Below are positions 56,771-64,000 of a DNA stretch of 64,000 nucleotides, piece after piece. The translations under genes were made by a program, and so were the position numbers. The number at the start of each line of letters is the position of its first letter. The first letter of the stretch is position 1. The stretch is from Octopus vulgaris (taxonomy: Eukaryota), in contig OX597823.1 of the NCBI GenBank assembly GCA_951406725.2, positions 53,444,001 through 53,508,000 on the forward strand, given 5' to 3'. The notes beneath the pieces are model-generated. The model worked only from the letters and a program-made list of their open reading frames with translations, was not told the DNA's origin and did not search any database.

Positions 56771-57099
56771 CAGTGATTCTCAGCCATTTTTTTTTACCTG
56801 TGGACCCCTTTGATTATTATTCTATTCTAGTGGACCCCCATAGCCATTTGATATTTAAAAACTAGTTTTATAGATACTTCTTTCAAAATTCCTATTTTTA
56901 TATTCACGCATTCACTTGTGTAAGCTAAGCTAGTTAAAACGTCAGAGAAAGAAACGTAGCTCTCTCTTGTAATAAATAAATTCATCTAAAGCAAAATATT
57001 TTCATGGAACCATAAAATACTACTATTTTGCTTGTGTGGACCACCAAAATCTTATATAGGCAACAAGGGGTCTTATGTAAACCCAGTTGAAAACTATTT
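56771..57099. mobile_element. hAT-type non-autonomous transposon (MITE)
   Basis: Ends CAGTGATTCTCAGC / GTTGAAAACTATTT, subterminal TGGACCCC motifs, 8-bp TSD TCGTAGAT / TCCTAGAT. Confidence 0.72.
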
Positions 57100-57448
57100 T
57101 CCTAGATGATAGAAACACGTGGATTGAGAAACAGATGTGGGGTGGAAATTTCAGCATTGGATAGGTTGAAGTCAAATTATATATAGACCGAGCAATTTTT
57201 CAAGAAACAAGCGTAGAGAGATTGAAGGGTGTTAAAAGAAATAACAGCCATATTTCCCTTGATATCTTAAATGAAACAAGCCTATTGAAGAACTTAACCC
57301 TGAAAACAATAATCTAGAAAAAAATCACGATTGTCGCGATAGAAATACCGCAATCGAATTATAAATGTAGTAACTAACACGGAGCAAATTTAGAAGGTAA
57401 TTATTCGTGATCAACGGCAGCAATCAAGGGCAAAGTGATAGTCTAATG

Positions 57449-57634
57449 CAATGGTTCCCAACCTGGGGTCCGTGAACCCCTGGTCGTCCGTAAATGTAGT
57501 ACTGGAGCTTCCTGAACTAAATTCAAAATTTCATTTATATATATATATATATACATATACACACACATAAGGATAAGCATATTACAAAGGGTCTGTGGGA
57601 AAACTCATTTAAACAAAAAGGTTAGGAACCACTG
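57449..57634. mobile_element. hAT-type MITE
   Basis: TIRs CAATGGTTCCCAACCT / AGGTTAGGAACCACTG (14/16); flanks GTCTAATG / GTCGGCTG match only 5/8. Confidence 0.72.
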
Positions 57635-58362
57635 GTCGGCTGTCAGATAGAATGTCTTAAGGTATTTGCTCCAGTGTCTGCTGCTAAGAGTTCAAATTCC
57701 GTCGAAATCAATCTTGTCTCTCATCTTTCGAGAGTGTTCAATAAGTAATGCATCAATCGCAGGCAGCGGATTAGCGAAAGTGTTGTGTGTTATCTGGTCT
57801 TGTTTTTTTTTTTGTTTTTTTTTTTTTCATTTTTTTTTTTTTTTGCGTTCTAGGCTCAAAGTCTCCACTTTACTCGTGTAAAGCTATGGCGAAGTGCTCG
57901 CATCGAATCTAATGGAGAAAGAGAGAGGGGGAGGAAGAGGGAGAGCGAGAGAGAGAGGAAGAGGGAGAGAGAGAGAGGAAGAGAGTGATGGCTCATGAAA
58001 TTCTAATGAATTCACAGATTAAGGTGATGGTGGAGTGACTTCATAAGAGCATTATGAACCCAGGAGGGTGCCAATAGGATTTTCGTTTTTCACACGACGT
58101 AATCATCATTTCAATGAAATATATACAATAGAATAGGTTTGTGTTCTGTAAAGATGAGAGAGTTCTAATAGAGGCCGATTGCTAAGAATTCTCTTTCACC
58201 TCTGTCTCTTTCTCTCTCGCTCCTTCTCTATTTGTCTCTCTATCCCTCTCTTTCTTGGTCATATAAACATTCGATTTATTTTGTGGGTTGTGTGAATGAA
58301 CAGCTGAAGGTCAGGGATTCACTCATAATCACTAGTCGCTGGTTGTGTATCGTTGCAGTCCT

Positions 58363-58555
58363 AGTTGTTGTTTGACTCCAGTCAGACCTCACCAAGCATA
58401 CCTGTGAATACCAGCAGTATCCCAGCCATGACCATCACTAGTTATATAGGATAACATTATCTAGTTTACTATTCCTTTCCTAAGCGATTTGAAAAAAAAA
58501 TATTTGGTTGTTATTTCTGACATGTTGAACAACCACAGGGAGGCTCTCTCGCTTT
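58363..58555. repeat. Old dispersed repeat family D, longest copy
   Basis: Carries both the CAGACC...CCAGCCATGACCATC and the ATTTGGTTGTTATTTCT...GACCAC-like motifs seen separately elsewhere. Confidence 0.5.
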
Positions 58556-58594
58556 AACTTGTCTATGGAAGGAAAGAGAAAAAATGTGGGTGTA

Positions 58595-58657
<63 letters not shown>

Positions 58658-58923
58658 GCGATAGATGAACTATCCTGGTGGTTATGTATCTCCCGTATAT
58701 GTGTAGGTGCGTATATGTGTATGTATGTGTGTTTGAATGTATGTATGTATGTGCGTTATGTGTTAGTTTTTTTTCTGAGATAAACAAGGATTAACACCCG
58801 GCCCACGATTTCGTTCGCCAGGCTCTTCGGTCGAGTGCTTGAATCAGCGGAAAGGAGAAAAAATGAAATGGCTACACTACCAAATATACCCCCAAACTAT
58901 GCATGCGTGCATACATACACATG

Positions 58924-58955
<32 letters not shown>

Positions 58956-59619
58956 TGTATGTATGTATGTATGTATGTATGTATGTATGTATGCGTATGT
59001 TTGTGTGTGTGACAGAGAGAGATGGGCTGGGGTTATTGGTACACCCATAGGTCGATAGAATATGAAGCTTCAATGTTTGGCGATTTGTTCAATTGGCCAT
59101 ACTTTTCTCTACAATTTTCTTTTATTTTATATCATATCAATCTTGTTATTCGTTACCACTAAACATTACTGACAGCCAGAATAATTCACAGATATATATA
59201 TATATATATGTGTATATATATACTTTTACTATATCGACACTTGTCGGAACGGCTGATCTAGTCTCCTGGAATTCTTGCGATTACATTTAACTCAGATACG
59301 AAGAACTTAGATTTTAGATTGGAACTAATCACCATTTAATGAAAGACATTAATTTCTACAAATTTTGTTTATCGCTCAGTCGAAAATTCCTGGTGATGTT
59401 GGCGAAAATTTGGTTTTTTCTTTTCCTTTTGTATTTTAGTCGTGTACGACTATTTTGGAGTAGAAATTTCCCACACTATGATTCCCCATGCCAACTATCA
59501 CCAAAATTCCTGTTTCCTACATTCCTTAAACATTAAGAGATTAGAATGGTTAAAATTCAATTCTTATTTCAATAATCCTTAAAAATCAACATGTCCAATT
59601 TGAAAATTTCTTCCCTTAC

Positions 59620-59822
59620 TTGGAAAATGACAAAAACATTTAGAAACATCCATCCATCCATCTTCTCTGCTCACAATTCCTGGGAAGGTCGGGGTGCGTA
59701 CAGTCCTCAAGCATTTCCTCCTTAGGGTCCTATCAAAAGCAACCGTTATTAGATTTTCCGGTTGAATTCCCAAGCGTGACCAGTTGAGACCTAGGATATT
59801 TTCCAACAATCTTGCTTTTGAT
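59620..59822 (-). other. Candidate internal exon (product unknown)
   Basis: Acceptor TTTTGTTTTGTAG, donor CAA/GTAAGG, one frame open throughout, non-repetitive; no recognisable domain. Confidence 0.25.
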
Positions 59823-60120
59823 CTACAAAACAAAATAGTACTTTAATTATACCAAATTGTCATACATTGATATTTGTATAGATTTTAATTACACGATGTT
59901 TGTTACATTTTTTTAAAAAAAACTTAAAACAAAACAATGCCAATACAGGCTTTCATTAATGTGAGACCACTTCAGCTTACTCTGACGGTCACTTATTATA
60001 TCATTTGTTTCATCCTTTATTATCAATGTAAAATTCGAAAACATAATTAAAAAAGAGCTTATGTTTATCAGAGAACAAAATGGAAAGTGTGGATTAATGA
60101 AGACACTAAGAAACGGAAAG

Positions 60121-60505
60121 TGCAGGCGTGGCTATGTGATAAGAAGTTTCCCAACTACCGGGTTTCGGGTTCGGTCCTAGTGCCTTCTACTATAACCCGG
60201 GGCCAACAAAAGTTTTGTTGCTGGATTTGGTAGTAGTCGGAAACTGAAAGAAGCCCATCGTGTGTGTCTATGTGTGTATGTGTGTGTGCTGTGATTATGT
60301 TTATCTCCCACTACCACTTGAGAACCGGAGTTGGTTTATTTATGCCCCCAGAAGTAAGTGCTTCGGCAAAATGAGACCGATACAATATATACCAGTCTTT
60401 AAAACAAAAATTAAGTACTAGGGTCGATTTGTTCACAAAATTCGTCAAAGCGGTGCTCAGCATGGCCGCAGTCCAACGACTGAAGCAAGTAAAAGATAAA
60501 AGATT
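60121..60505 (+). mobile_element. SINE family A with deletion in the CORE-like block
   Basis: Head, GGAAACTGAAAGAAGCCC, tail GCGGTGCTCAGCATGGCCGCAGTC..GACTGAAGCAAGTAAAAG. Confidence 0.87.
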
Positions 60506-60951
60506 ATCATGGAAAGTCTCGAAGTACGGAAGTATTCAATAGTAAACATTTTCCATTTTCTGCATATCTGTTCTTAGGGTCCAGCGTTATTCCTGAATGA
60601 ATTGGCCGGTAAAATTAGATGCAGGTTTTACTATGGTGTTGTTCATTGATTTAAGCCCCAAGTGACAGCCCCGATTTAATTTGAAACATGCATTATCTAA
60701 ATTATTTAAATACTTCGTTCTCATTCTATTTTTTCTTTTCTTTTTTTTTTTTGCGTAAAACGGTAGTGTGGTTTGAAGGAGATTCGGCTGAGATTTCTAA
60801 CAGACTGGCGGACCACATAATGGCTCCCTCGACACCCATGCCACGGTGTCCAGTGTAACGAGACGAAGTTACAATCGTTTTCGCTATGAGAAATGCATTG
60901 TTATGTAGTTTGTATTCTATTCTACTAAAAGTTTGATACATTTTGCCGAAT

Positions 60952-60992
<41 letters not shown>

Positions 60993-61171
60993 TTATAAAA
61001 GAAGCTGAGATGAAGAGGCTTTAATCCAAATCACAACAGTTGTTTCTGTGCATTAGCATCAGTTGTTAGTGCACGTTATAAGATTATTACCCACATGATA
61101 TTAAATTATACACACACACACACACACGCACACCCACAAGCACATATATATAGCTAGCTTCATAAATAGAT

Positions 61172-61315
<144 letters not shown>

Positions 61316-62043
61316 TAGTTTAATGGCCGACACTTCTTTTGAGGAAAAACATTGCGTATCGCATATTAATCATTAAAAGATTTGATGAAGTGGAATTGAC
61401 GAAGAAATTTAAAGGAACTACAGGGTGTTTTACGATATCTATACCTCTATCTTGCAATTCTGAATTTATATCCAGCAAGAGTCGATTTTGTTTTTAATTA
61501 CTTCGGGGTCAATAAAATGTATAAGAGTATTAATATTAAAGTTGGGTCTATCGATTATTTCCCAATCAGTCTTAGAAAAATAGTGGGTAAGATGCACGTC
61601 AAACTCCTAATCCACAAGAGTGGACATGAGCCTTGAATAAAATCGATATTCTTAAAGGCAACATTTTTAAGAAAATTACTAAATATATCTTACCAGAAGA
61701 CCTAGTCTTTATGTCGTACAGATGAAACGAGCAGAGTATTTCTTTTATAGTTAACACTGATCCTTGAAGAAATTATATTTCTTTTATCAAGCGAATCGCT
61801 TCAAATATTTCCCAAATTGAGATTTTGGTTTGTAATTCTTGTACCTTAAGAAAATACGAAAATGTGTGATTAAACCGTACGATATTTTTCTGAAAGCTAT
61901 AGAGCTATAGATCATTGTTGGATGACATAAACGAGAGTCTCCCTCTCTTGAATAAAGATTTGTACCTCATCCATTTAGCTTTACCGATACAACGAAAAGC
62001 GTCAGGGTTAATGTACTTATATAAAACATGCCGAAACATACAT

Positions 62044-62146
<103 letters not shown>

Positions 62147-64000
62147 CAAGAATCAGTCAGGGAGAAAAGAGGGGAGACACGGGAAGAGAAAGAAAATGGG
62201 AGGTAGGGAGGAGTTCTATGCATTGATCAGAATGTCAATAATTATGACGTTAAAGAAACATGTCTGGATAGAACGAAGCTTTTTCGATAAATTATCTTCC
62301 CAGACGGTGCGAAAGAGAGAGAGAATTTGATGCAGTGTATGTATATTTATTGGGATATAGATTTTGTCACGGTTCATTTATTTTAGATGCAGTTTATATT
62401 TATTGATGTGTAAGGTTTTATTGTGGTTTATATATTTTCATACAGTTTATATTTATTGAGGAGTTGTTGTTGTTCTTGTTCTTGTTGTTGTTATGCTTTT
62501 GTTTGTTTGTTTTTTGTCTTTTTTTTTATTATTTTCATTTTCCAATTTCAAAAGACGAGGGGAAATAAATATCTAAAAGATCAGGGGGGAATAGGTTTAG
62601 CAATAGAAAGAATAAATAAATACACCCGATGAAAAGTATTAACCAGTTTGACATCAGAAGGCTGACTTCAAACCATTAGAATTATATTCAATTGTATATG
62701 AATATTTTAAAAAGTTTTAAATCGTCTCTAATGTTTCACATGAAAATTAACTCTTTGATAGCTTATGCAAAGCACCTACTAAGGCATTGATTGACTAGAC
62801 TTTGTGTGTACGCTACATACAAAGCATTAATTCTGATCTATGAACTTATTCTTGAACGCTTCCTTACTTTTAAAGTGAATTATTGTTACCCTACGTTCAT
62901 CTATGGGTCTATTTTGTATAGAAGACACATATTATTTGATCGTTGTTCCATTAAAATTATAAAAGTACATGAGTGAAAATGATATATTTTAAACAAATAT
63001 TTAAAAACACTTCCTAAATTTTGAACCACAGATAAGCTGTGAAACATAATATATTAGAATATTCGAATGTTCCCACTTTTCCATATAGCTTTGATAGCTA
63101 AAAGCAAATTGAAACAGATGCAACAACGCGCGCCGCTTCCGCACACGTGTATGTGTGTATGTTCCATACCCGAGCCCGTAACCCCGTACAGCCATTAGTT
63201 TTGTATATTATTGTTAATTCAAATTTAACTTAACACAGTTTTCACATTGATTTTCATTCAACTTTCAGGATTACAAAACTTGATAAAATACATCAGAAAC
63301 ACAGAAAACAAAAATCTCCCCGAAAAATAGCGCTTGTGAGATTCGAACAGACATGCCAAGGGTAAGAAATATATCTTGTATTTTTCAATGAGCCAAAGAG
63401 AGCCTCTTGCTGAAGTCTCTTATTGATGATTCTCATTCGATTTTCTCGGAATGTTTGGCTCAGAAGCAATTTATATCAAATAAAAAAAAAATTACTATAA
63501 TATTATCAATAATAATAATAATAAATTATAACAATATTTACACACATTCACAGCACTCATGCCCATACATAAAAGTAGATCAGGTTGGATCAAAGATTAT
63601 TATTATGTCCCACCTAAACATACACCAGCAGTGCTTGGTGTATAGAATAATGAAGGAACATATTTTATTTTTATAATAATAATAATGCATCTAAATAACT
63701 ATCAAATTATCGGACGATCCAAATTTAATATGTAGATGACGTGTAACCCCAGCAATTGAGAAGAAATGCTTGAGGTGTGCAGAATACGTACGCCTGACGA
63801 AAAGAGCTTGTTTCTTTATAAATACAGATAATGTAATAGATACCCTTTATCATATAACAGTTGGGCAACTCTCAAGTTTCTGATTCAAACTTGTCTCTTT
63901 TAGTAACAAGTAAAAGAGACTCATTTGATAAAAGTTTTACGAGAAATGGATGGGCATCAGCAGATCCAACCTGTTCTCCTAACCAAAATTTTTTATGTGA

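Noticed and set aside
58780-59560. Possible Helentron-associated (DINE-like) element; similar sequence at 56400-56600
   Set aside because: Resemblance is impressionistic and ends could not be defined.
63120-63195. Small CpG-rich patch as a promoter
   Set aside because: Too short and adjacent to simple repeats; no downstream exon identifiable.

Overview
Eukaryotic, AT-rich, essentially non-coding DNA (intronic or intergenic) with extreme microsatellite density ((TA)n, (TG)n, (TATG)n, (GATA)n, (AAT)n, (GAA)n). The repeat families resemble those I recall from octopod cephalopods (Octopus); that assignment is inference, not a search result. No intact protein-coding gene, rRNA, genuine tRNA or CRISPR array is supported, and almost all listed ORFs are translated microsatellites. 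Supported content: three groups of tRNA-derived SINEs (called A, B, C here; more than 25 copies), several with target-site duplications (TSDs); decayed CR1-like and RTE-like LINE fragments; an internally deleted Tc1/mariner element with long TIRs; two hAT-type MITEs; and several hairpins and palindromes. The most interesting signal is a set of type I hammerhead ribozyme motifs: one canonical, one with an intact core but an irregular helix II, one with a very long loop II, two with variant cores, and two decayed. Each sits in a short unique island bounded by (TA)n/(GATA)n, suggesting microsatellite-targeting Penelope-like or retrozyme-like elements. A SINE-LINE 3' tail partnership and ordered serial SINE insertions can also be read directly from the sequence. 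All alignments and folds were done by eye; element boundaries are approximate.
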